This document shows, piece after piece, positions 53,956 to 61,800 of a stretch of DNA of 64,000 bases. The notes under the pieces were generated by a model that searched no databases, was not told the DNA's origin, and worked only from the letters and a program-made list of their open reading frames with translations. Every line of letters starts with the position of its first letter. Position 1 is the first letter of the stretch. Location of the stretch: positions 252,312 through 316,311 of the forward strand of contig CAZWWE010000001.1 in assembly GCA_964637295.1 (NCBI GenBank), given 5' to 3'. The translations under genes were made by a program, and so were the position numbers. This DNA is from an uncultured Pseudomonadales bacterium. Its GTDB lineage: Bacteria > Patescibacteriota > Microgenomatia > UBA1400 > PJMF01.

Positions 53956-54083
53956 TCTTGTATTTTTTAGTTTTTTTGTGATAATGGGGTAGTATAACTT
54001 CTCCTAAAACATTTTTATAATTATTTTCAATATGATTGTTCAAGCACAAGTTAAGCTTAAAATGAAGAAAGGTTAAATTTTTT

Positions 54084-55406
54084 ATGCCAGTTGTCAAAAC
54101 TAGCGATCCTAAAGTATTGCCTAGCACTGCGGCAAGTACAAATTCTGAGTCACCAGTTGACTCATCAAGCGAGTCGCCAGCTGAGTCGTCAGTTGATTCT
54201 CGCTCTGCCAATCGTAGTCCACGCATCACCCGTCACAGAGTTAATGGTGTTGCTGGCAATAATTTTGCGGACAACAATGAATCTGCCGAGGTGATCGAGG
54301 GGATCTTAGACATGTCCAGAGATGGACATGGGATTTTGCGCGTAGGTTTTGCAGAATCAGAGCGTGATGCTTATATTTCTACTTCGCAAATTCGTCGTTT
54401 GCAATTACGTCCAGGCGATGTTGTCGCTGGTCCAGCTCGTCGTCCCAAAGACAATGAGCGTTTTTGGGGTTTATTGAAAATTGATCGAGTCAATGGTTTA
54501 GCGATTGAAGATTTTTTGCAAAAAGATCGGGTCAAATTTCAAACTTTGACTCCAGTTTATCCAGATAGTCAAATTAAATTAGAAACGGGCAAGGAACCTT
54601 TATCTCTGCGCATTATCGATATGATCGCTCCTATCGGCAAAGGACAAAGAAGTTTAATCGTTTCTCCGCCCAAAGCTGGTAAAACCACCTTGCTCAAAGA
54701 CATTGCGACTGGGGTGGCCGCCAATAATCCAGACATTCACCTAATGGCAGTTCTGGTGGGTGAGCGACCAGAAGAAGTCACCGATATTTGTCGTCACATC
54801 GAAGCTTTAACTAAAGGCAAGGGCGAAGTGGCAGCAAGTAATTTTGATGAAGCGGCCACCGATCAATGTCGAGTAGCCGAATTAGCTTTGGAAAGAGCTA
54901 AGAGATTAGTAGAAACTGGCAAAGATGTGGTAATTTTACTTGATTCGATTACGCGTTTAGCCAGAGCCTACAATTTAGCCATGCCAACTTCTGGACGTAC
55001 TTTGTCTGGAGGTTTTGATCCAGCAGCACTTTTTCCACCAAAAAAGTTTTTTGGTGCGGCGCGAAATTTTGAAGTGCAAGGTTCATTGACGATTGTTGGT
55101 ACGGCCTTGGTGGATACTGGTTCCAGAATGGACGATTTGGTTTATGAAGAATTCAAAGGAACGGGTAATCAAGAAATTCATTTAGATCGTGGCTTAGCTG
55201 AACGTCGTATTCACCCTGCGATTGATGTGCAAAAATCTGGCACTCGTCGTGATGATTTACTCATTGATCCGGTAACTTACCAATCAATTATTACTCTGCA
55301 CCGTATGCTTGACATGCTGGGCAAAGATGAACGCACTGTGACCATGATTGAAAAACTGAAGAGAAGTAATAGTAATAAAGAATTTTTAGCTTCACTCAAA
55401 GGTTAA
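54084..55406 (+). CDS. rho: Transcription termination factor Rho (with Ser-rich N-terminal extension)
   Basis: IDMIAPIGKGQRSLIVSPPKAGKTTLLKDIA (Walker A). Q-loop and R-loop regions LDSITRLARAYN. The ~60-aa N-terminal insertion is low-complexity. Confidence 0.85.
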   Translation: MPVVKTSDPKVLPSTAASTNSESPVDSSSESPAESSVDSRSANRSPRITRHRVNGVAGNNFADNNESAEVIEGILDMSRDGHGILRVGFAESERDAYISTSQIRRLQLRPGDVVAGPARRPKDNERFWGLLKIDRVNGLAIEDFLQKDRVKFQTLTPVYPDSQIKLETGKEPLSLRIIDMIAPIGKGQRSLIVSPPKAGKTTLLKDIATGVAANNPDIHLMAVLVGERPEEVTDICRHIEALTKGKGEVAASNFDEAATDQCRVAELALERAKRLVETGKDVVILLDSITRLARAYNLAMPTSGRTLSGGFDPAALFPPKKFFGAARNFEVQGSLTIVGTALVDTGSRMDDLVYEEFKGTGNQEIHLDRGLAERRIHPAIDVQKSGTRRDDLLIDPVTYQSIITLHRMLDMLGKDERTVTMIEKLKRSNSNKEFLASLKG

Positions 55407-55427
55407 AAACCTAGTCAAAGGAGTCTT

Positions 55428-56591
55428 TTGTTTGGGAAAAAAAACTACTATCTCAAAAAAGAACATGGCTTTTTCAGTCAGCTCATTTTGTGGTTCGTAG
55501 AACTGCGAGCTTTTGGTACTTTTGTCAGAGCTTATCTTAAATATCGCATTTACAAAGTTTTTGCTTGGTTTGAAAATTTCAAAGATAAATTAGTTGATAT
55601 GCTTTACATGCAAAGAGGGAAATACACCAAGCCTTTTTTGCATTTTGGTACCATTGGCTTGAGTTTTTTGATGGTGACTTTGGGGCCAAATTTACTTAAT
55701 AAAACTGATCGCGCCGATCAGCAGCGAGTGCTGGCTAGTCCAGTGCTTTCCACTGCTACTGCGGCTGCCCCAGATTTTTATACTTCCCAGGCAGAAGAAG
55801 TCCGTCAATATCGTGGTGGAGAAATCATTACTCACGTTGTTACTGAAGGTGAAACCATTTCTAGCATTGCAGAACGCTATGGACTTAAGCCTAGCACAAT
55901 TTTTTGGGAAAATAATCTTACTGAACAGTCAAAAATTAAGCCTGGTCAAGAATTGAGCATTTTGCCCGTAGATGGAGTGCGTCACAAAGTGACGCGTGGC
56001 GAAACAATTTATTCAATTGGTAAAAAATATGGTTTGGATGGTTCTCAAGTGCAGATGATTGTTGACTATCCTTTTAATGAATTTCTAAATGACGAAACTT
56101 TTGAATTAGTGGTGGGTCAATATTTAATGGTTCCAGAAGGTGTTAAGGTAGAAGTGAAGTTGCCTAGCCGTTCACCAGGAGTGACCAAATTTGGTGTTAT
56201 TACTCCTGACGCCGGCACGGTTTCAGCTTTGGGCTCTTTCATTTGGCCAGCATCTGGTGGAATTACTCAGAGCTATAGTTTCTTTCACAAGGCTATTGAC
56301 ATCGCCAATCGAGCTGCTGGTCCTATTTTGGCAGCTGATGCCGGCGTAGTGACCACGGCCGGCTGGATTGATAGTTCTGGTTATGGCAATCGTGTGGTGA
56401 TTGATCATGGCAATGGTTACGTTACTCTTTATGCACACTTATCTGTCGTACAAGTAGTGACTGGCCAAAGAGTGAAGCGCGGAGATGTTTTGGGACAAAT
56501 GGGTAGTACCGGTCGCAGTACTGGCACACATTTGCATTTTGAAATTCGTCAGGGTGGAGCTTTATTAAATCCACTTAGCTTTTTGAAATAA
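55428..56591 (+). CDS. LysM-domain M23 family peptidoglycan endopeptidase
   Basis: TTG start after RBS AAAGGAG. Two LysM repeats (HVVTEGETISSIAERYGL, HKVTRGETIYSIGKKYGL). M23 motifs HKAIDIAN and GSTGRSTGTHLHFEIR. Confidence 0.75.
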   Translation: MFGKKNYYLKKEHGFFSQLILWFVELRAFGTFVRAYLKYRIYKVFAWFENFKDKLVDMLYMQRGKYTKPFLHFGTIGLSFLMVTLGPNLLNKTDRADQQRVLASPVLSTATAAAPDFYTSQAEEVRQYRGGEIITHVVTEGETISSIAERYGLKPSTIFWENNLTEQSKIKPGQELSILPVDGVRHKVTRGETIYSIGKKYGLDGSQVQMIVDYPFNEFLNDETFELVVGQYLMVPEGVKVEVKLPSRSPGVTKFGVITPDAGTVSALGSFIWPASGGITQSYSFFHKAIDIANRAAGPILAADAGVVTTAGWIDSSGYGNRVVIDHGNGYVTLYAHLSVVQVVTGQRVKRGDVLGQMGSTGRSTGTHLHFEIRQGGALLNPLSFLK

Positions 56592-56604
56592 ATCAAAGAA
56601 ATAT

Positions 56605-57768
56605 ATGATTGACTTAGTTAAATTAACTTTAGTAGCGGGGAATGGGGGTAACGGCAAGGTTTCTTTTCGCCGCGAGAAATTTGTCACCAAAGGTGGTCCA
56701 GACGGTGGCGATGGCGGCGATGGCGGCAGTATCATTATCAAAAGCGTGGCTGGTATGACCACACTCAGAGATTACGCGGGAGTCAAATTATATCAGGCAC
56801 AAAATGGTGGTCACGGTGGTCGTCGTAAAAAATTTGGTCAAAAAGGTGCAGATAAAATTATGGAAGTGCCAGTAGGCACAGTACTGTATTTGTTAGCCGA
56901 AAACCAAGCGGCCAAAAAAAGACGTCACAATTCTTTAATCGGCCAAGATTTATTGGGGGGAGGCAAATATTATTTAGAAGATGAAAACCAAGCGATTCCC
57001 ATGCGCGATCCTGATGATCAACTTGAATCGCTCACGGAAAAACTCCAATTATTTGTTTTTGATCGTCCCGATCAAGAATTTTTAGTCTGTCACGGCGGCA
57101 AGGGTGGACGAGGCAGCGTGCACTTCAAGTCTTCGGTAAAAACTACGCCTTTGGAGGCAGAGTACGGTGGCTTTGGTGAGCAGAAATTATTGCAATTCGA
57201 ACTCAAGTTGTTGGCAGACTTGGGTTTAGTGGGCTTACCTAATGCTGGTAAAAGTACTTTTTTAGCCAAAATGACCAAGGCCAATCCTAAAATTGCCAAT
57301 TATCCTTTTACTACCATTGAACCAAATCTGGGTATTATGCATCTAGGTGCCAATCAAAGCAAAGAAGAACTAGTGATCGCTGATATTCCTGGCCTGATTG
57401 AAGGAGCCAGCCAAGGCAAGGGTTTGGGCTTAGATTTTTTGCGTCACATTGAAAACTGCCAAGTTTTAATGTTTGTTTTGTACTTAGAAGAAAGCATCAT
57501 TTTTGACGAGCAACTTAGTGATTTAGACAGAGCTGTTCTGTTATGGCAACAATATCAGCAGCTAAAAAAAGAATTGGGTAATTACAGTTCTCAACTTTTG
57601 GCCAAACCCAGTCTTTTGACTATTAACAAGATAGATTTATACACTTCTAAACAGATAGATACTTTTAGATCATATTTTATAGACAAAGATATGAATGTGA
57701 TGCTTTTTAGCACAGTGACCAATGAAGGTTTAGACGAAATCAAACGAGCAATTGCAAAATTGTTTTAG
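56605..57768 (+). CDS. obg: GTPase Obg/CgtA
   Basis: Obg fold N-terminus MIDLVKLTLVAGNGGNGKVSFRREKFVTKGGPDGGDGGDGGSIII. G1 motif GLVGLPNAGKSTFL. Confidence 0.85.
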   Translation: MIDLVKLTLVAGNGGNGKVSFRREKFVTKGGPDGGDGGDGGSIIIKSVAGMTTLRDYAGVKLYQAQNGGHGGRRKKFGQKGADKIMEVPVGTVLYLLAENQAAKKRRHNSLIGQDLLGGGKYYLEDENQAIPMRDPDDQLESLTEKLQLFVFDRPDQEFLVCHGGKGGRGSVHFKSSVKTTPLEAEYGGFGEQKLLQFELKLLADLGLVGLPNAGKSTFLAKMTKANPKIANYPFTTIEPNLGIMHLGANQSKEELVIADIPGLIEGASQGKGLGLDFLRHIENCQVLMFVLYLEESIIFDEQLSDLDRAVLLWQQYQQLKKELGNYSSQLLAKPSLLTINKIDLYTSKQIDTFRSYFIDKDMNVMLFSTVTNEGLDEIKRAIAKLF

Positions 57769-57792
57769 CAAGCAAATTGTTTCAACAGGCTT

Positions 57793-59886
57793 TTAATTTG
57801 CCACAATGTTTTGATCAGGAGTGAGAGCGCCGTCTTGAATGACTGCTTCAGTAGTCTCTTGATCTAAGAGTTGAGACAGTCCAGAGTTATTAGCTTGATT
57901 GAGATTGTTCAAGGTCGTTGATTCGCTAGCCGCATTGTTTGTAGTGCCACCAGCAGGAGCACTATTGGCAGCAGCCCCTTTTTGCTCCTCTTCCGCTTTC
58001 TTAGCAGCACTTTCTAGCTGCGCGTTAAGCTCATTCACTTCTTTTTCGACCAGTGTATATTCCTGACTATCTTTGGCTAATAAACTCATTCCACTGACTA
58101 AGGCATTTCTAGCTTCCAAAAGCTGATTATTGGCTTTATATGCCTGTGCCAGATAGTAGTAAGCCACAAAGAGGTCTGGTTTTCTTTCAATTGCCTGACT
58201 GAAGAAGTTAGCGGCTTCAGTGGCTTGTTTGGCATTTAAAAATAATTGGCCCAAAATCAATCTAATTTCTGGATTGTTGGGATTGTTGGCTGCTGCTTTG
58301 GCAAGGGCATTGAAAGCTTCTTGCATGGCTTGATCAGTTGAGCCCAATAGTTGCATATAAATTTGTGCCAATACTAACCAGTTCTGATAATTGTAAGGAT
58401 CAAGAATAGTGGCAGCCTTCGCTTCACGAATGGCTTCGTTGACCAATTGCAATACCTGTTCTTGTTCGGCAGCCGTCAAGTCGGTTTTATTAGAAAGGGC
58501 AATAGCGATTTCTAAATTCATCAAAGCATAGCTTTGTCTAATCGAATCAATTTCAAAAGCCATTTCTTTGGCACGGCGATGATAGTCGTAAGCTTTGACG
58601 ACATCATTTTTCATGACATAAGCATTGCTTTGATAGAGTAGGTGATAAGCAACAAAAGTTTTGCCCACAAAATAGCTGGCAAAGCCAAGTAAACTTAAGA
58701 AAACAACGTTACTGATTAAGAATAAATAATAACGAAACTTATCAGCCTTGCGTTGGGTCAAAGAGCCAAGCAGAGACTGACTCTTAAAAATCATTTTTGC
58801 GTAAGCATCTTGGTTACTACTCAAGAACAAAGCTAAACTCACTGCCAAAAGGGCTAACATCACCAAGTTGATTGGCGCAAATAACTGCCAAATGAAACTT
58901 GCCAGTATTAAGGTTTTTAACCAAGTATCATGATGTTCTTTTTCTAAGACGAGAATGCTTTTCCAGATGAAAAACAAATAGGCGAGAAAAGCTAATACGC
59001 CTGCGCTGACAATAAGGCTTAAGGGCACGTTAAAGGCTGAATCAAAGGTGAAATTCCAGTATTTTAAGCCATTGATCCACACGGGCTTAAGAGTATTGTA
59101 AGCATTGCCGTAAGCATCTGGGCCATAGCCGAACATGGCATTTTTCGTAAAAGCTAGACCGTCTCTAGCCACACTCGCACTAGCGCTAAGAGATAAACTT
59201 TGAAAAGCAGCTTCTTCTCCAGGCAAAATGGCCCAAATGTTGATGCCTAAGCCGATGGCAATAATAAAAGTACTAATTTTGATAAACCAAGAACTTTGCC
59301 ACTTTTTTTGATCAAAAACATTACTAAGGAGAACGGTTGAAAGAAATTGAATGGTGATAAATGTCGCTCCAGTTAAGGCAAAAATCAAACTATTGGGCAA
59401 TTCCAAAATACTGAAACGATTGATTAAAGATGCCAAGCCAAAGCCAAATAATTGTAAAACACTCAATAAACTCAAGATAATCGCCGCGGCGTTCATAGTT
59501 AAAACAAACCAGTGCTTGTATTTTTTCTTGAGCAAAGAAGGGGCTAATAAGATGATGCTAGTAAAACTTAAAAAAACTCCGCCCATGCCCAAAAATTGCT
59601 TAGTCGGATATTGATGACTGACTAAGCCAGAAATAGTGATTAGGCCAGCAAAAATTACTAGCGGCCAAGTCAATGGAGTTCTGAGAATGGTCCAGCTTTT
59701 TCTGCGCCAGCTAGAAATGATGAAGCCAAAAATTGTCAAAAAAGCCAAGGAAAAAAATAGGATCAGCTTACTGTTAAAAAGAGGATTGGTGATATACGGA
59801 ATAAAAAATACCGGTAACAAAGTTGCTAGTCCCACAAATAACCAATTGTAAACAGCACTTAGTTTGTTTTCTTTCATATCTGACAT
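57793..59886 (-). CDS. Polytopic membrane protein with O-antigen-ligase-like core and C-terminal TPR repeats
   Basis: About 10 predicted TMs in the first ~420 aa. C-terminal TPR-like repeats (AYYYLAQAYKANNQLLEARNAL). Confidence 0.45.
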   Translation of the reverse strand: MSDMKENKLSAVYNWLFVGLATLLPVFFIPYITNPLFNSKLILFFSLAFLTIFGFIISSWRRKSWTILRTPLTWPLVIFAGLITISGLVSHQYPTKQFLGMGGVFLSFTSIILLAPSLLKKKYKHWFVLTMNAAAIILSLLSVLQLFGFGLASLINRFSILELPNSLIFALTGATFITIQFLSTVLLSNVFDQKKWQSSWFIKISTFIIAIGLGINIWAILPGEEAAFQSLSLSASASVARDGLAFTKNAMFGYGPDAYGNAYNTLKPVWINGLKYWNFTFDSAFNVPLSLIVSAGVLAFLAYLFFIWKSILVLEKEHHDTWLKTLILASFIWQLFAPINLVMLALLAVSLALFLSSNQDAYAKMIFKSQSLLGSLTQRKADKFRYYLFLISNVVFLSLLGFASYFVGKTFVAYHLLYQSNAYVMKNDVVKAYDYHRRAKEMAFEIDSIRQSYALMNLEIAIALSNKTDLTAAEQEQVLQLVNEAIREAKAATILDPYNYQNWLVLAQIYMQLLGSTDQAMQEAFNALAKAAANNPNNPEIRLILGQLFLNAKQATEAANFFSQAIERKPDLFVAYYYLAQAYKANNQLLEARNALVSGMSLLAKDSQEYTLVEKEVNELNAQLESAAKKAEEEQKGAAANSAPAGGTTNNAASESTTLNNLNQANNSGLSQLLDQETTEAVIQDGALTPDQNIVAN

Positions 59887-59916
59887 ATGTTAAGATTAAA
59901 GGAAATTGAAATAAAA

Positions 59917-60660
59917 ATGAAGAAGCAAAACGGCTTGACTCTTATCGAAATTCTGGTTGTAGTAGCAGTCTTGGCTTTGCTTTTACTAGCCTTGTTTAAG
60001 GTTTTTAAAGTAGATGTTAATCGCAGCAAAGATGCAGAGCGCAAGGCTGATCTGCAAGAAATTAAATTGGCTTTTGAAAATTATTACAATGATCATCAAA
60101 CTTATCCACCAGAAGAAGTCTTGGCTGATTGCCAAAGTGAAGCTTTGCGTCCTTACTTAAAAAATGTTCCTTGTGACCCAGAAACTGGCGAGCCCTATCT
60201 TTATTTGCCAGCTCCTGGCGATGGTGATAATAGTGCTGGCTATCGTTTGCTGAGCATTTTGACTGATAAAAGTGATCCAATTATCGAGAAAATTGGTTGC
60301 CAAGATGGCTGCGGCGTGCCAGAAGACCACCCTTTGGTTGGCAATAGTTTTAATTATGTTTATGGAATTGCCGAAGGAGTGCCTTTGGTTTTGACTAAAA
60401 AAGTTTTACCATCTGTGACCAGCACCTTGACACCCTCGCCAACGCCAACAACTGTGCCTACAGTGATTGACAGTTATTGTGACAGTCACTTGTGTTATTG
60501 TTGTTCTAACTCAGCCTATACTTCGACCGAAAGCTGTAACGTTTGGTCACGAGGTAGCAAAACCGGAGAAGTTCAAGAAAAAACTGACAATAATTGTGAC
60601 ATGGGGCCTTATCGCACTGCCGCCGAATGTTATAGTGCTACGCCTTGCGTAAGGCAGTAA
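59917..60660 (+). CDS. Type IV pilin/pseudopilin (GspG-like) 1 with Cys-rich C-terminal region
   Basis: Class III signal MKKQNG|LTLIEILVVVAVLALL. GspG-like SKDAERKADLQEIKLAFENYYNDHQTYP. Start taken at the internal ATG (the track ORF begins at 59887). Confidence 0.7.
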   Translation: MKKQNGLTLIEILVVVAVLALLLLALFKVFKVDVNRSKDAERKADLQEIKLAFENYYNDHQTYPPEEVLADCQSEALRPYLKNVPCDPETGEPYLYLPAPGDGDNSAGYRLLSILTDKSDPIIEKIGCQDGCGVPEDHPLVGNSFNYVYGIAEGVPLVLTKKVLPSVTSTLTPSPTPTTVPTVIDSYCDSHLCYCCSNSAYTSTESCNVWSRGSKTGEVQEKTDNNCDMGPYRTAAECYSATPCVRQ

Positions 60661-60665
60661 AAATT

Positions 60666-61262
60666 ATGCTCAAAAATTTAGCTAAACCTGGCTCAATTAA
60701 AGCTGGTTCAATTAAAGCTAGCCAAAAAGCTTTTACCTTACTCGAGCTATTAGTGGTAATTGCCATTTTAGCTTTACTAACTGGTTTAGGTTTGCGCACT
60801 TTTGGCAGTGTCCAAGAAAAATCTCGAGATAGTCGTCGCAAACAAGATTTGCAAAACATTAGTAAAGCTTTAGAAATCTATTTTAACGACTTCAAACGAT
60901 ATCCAGCGGCTGCGGCGGGACAAATTATTGCTTGTGGAGATGACGCTGCCGAAACTTGCCAATGGGGGCAAACTTGGGATAACACCAGTGATAATACTCT
61001 ATACATGAGCGTTTTGCCCAAAGACCCTGGTGGGAGTAGCTATTATTATTGGGCTGATGAACAGGGCCGCAGCTATCGTTTATTTGCTTATTTAGAAAAT
61101 CTAGAAGACGATAGCGTTGTGAAGAATGCTGAAGCAGAAGCCACTTTTTATAGTGACGCAGCATGCCGAATAGTCAACGACTCTCTCGTTGATAACAGCT
61201 GTAATTATGTTTTGACTAGCAGCAACTTGAGTTCAACTCCAATTTTAGTAGATGGCGACTGA
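60666..61262 (+). CDS. Type IV pilin/pseudopilin (GspG-like) 2 with extended leader containing GSIKA duplication
   Basis: ...PGSIKAGSIKASQKA|FTLLELLVVIAILALL. SRDSRRKQDLQNISKALEIYFNDFKRYP. Start uncertain (track: 60645). Confidence 0.6.
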   Translation: MLKNLAKPGSIKAGSIKASQKAFTLLELLVVIAILALLTGLGLRTFGSVQEKSRDSRRKQDLQNISKALEIYFNDFKRYPAAAAGQIIACGDDAAETCQWGQTWDNTSDNTLYMSVLPKDPGGSSYYYWADEQGRSYRLFAYLENLEDDSVVKNAEAEATFYSDAACRIVNDSLVDNSCNYVLTSSNLSSTPILVDGD

Positions 61263-61282
61263 TTTAGGAACCAAAAATATAT

Positions 61283-61753
61283 ATGAAAAAAAATGCTTTC
61301 ACCCTGATTGAATTGTTAGTAGTAATTGCTGTTTTGGGAGTGCTCATCGCCGTGATTTTACCTAATTTAATTGGAGTGCGTGCTCGGGCAAGAGATAGTG
61401 CTCGTAAAAATGACCTCAGACAATTAAAAATTGCTTTGCGCATGTATTACAACGATCACCAAACTTATCCGGCTGATGATGACAACGGGGGAATTGTTGC
61501 CTGCGGTGAAACTGACGATGAAACTGTGCTTTGTCCCAATCCAGAAGATGGCAGTTTTGCTAAAAGCGAAGTGGTTTACATGAAAAAAATGCCAGAGAGC
61601 GATCAATTTTTTTATGCACAACAAGCCAGTGGCGAAGATTTTCTATTGGCTACCATTTTGGAAAGTCCCTCTGACTCTGACATTGCGGCCAGCGTGGAGC
61701 ATTGTCAGGTTGAAACTCCAGTACCTGCTACATATTATTTATGTGCTGATTAA
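61283..61753 (+). CDS. Type IV pilin/pseudopilin (GspG-like) 3
   Basis: MKKNA|FTLIELLVVIAVLGVLIAVILPNL. ARDSARKNDLRQLKIALRMYYNDHQTYP. Confidence 0.7.
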   Translation: MKKNAFTLIELLVVIAVLGVLIAVILPNLIGVRARARDSARKNDLRQLKIALRMYYNDHQTYPADDDNGGIVACGETDDETVLCPNPEDGSFAKSEVVYMKKMPESDQFFYAQQASGEDFLLATILESPSDSDIAASVEHCQVETPVPATYYLCAD

Positions 61754-61758
61754 TTGAC

Positions 61759-61800
61759 TTTTCTTTTTTAATTGAATTGAATTGAATTTAATTTAATTGA
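61759..61800. repeat. Pentanucleotide microsatellite (AATTG/AATTT)n in convergent intergenic spacer
   Basis: ttaattgaattgaattgaatttaatttaattgaatg between the pilin-3 stop and the stop of the downstream minus-strand gene. Confidence 0.6.
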
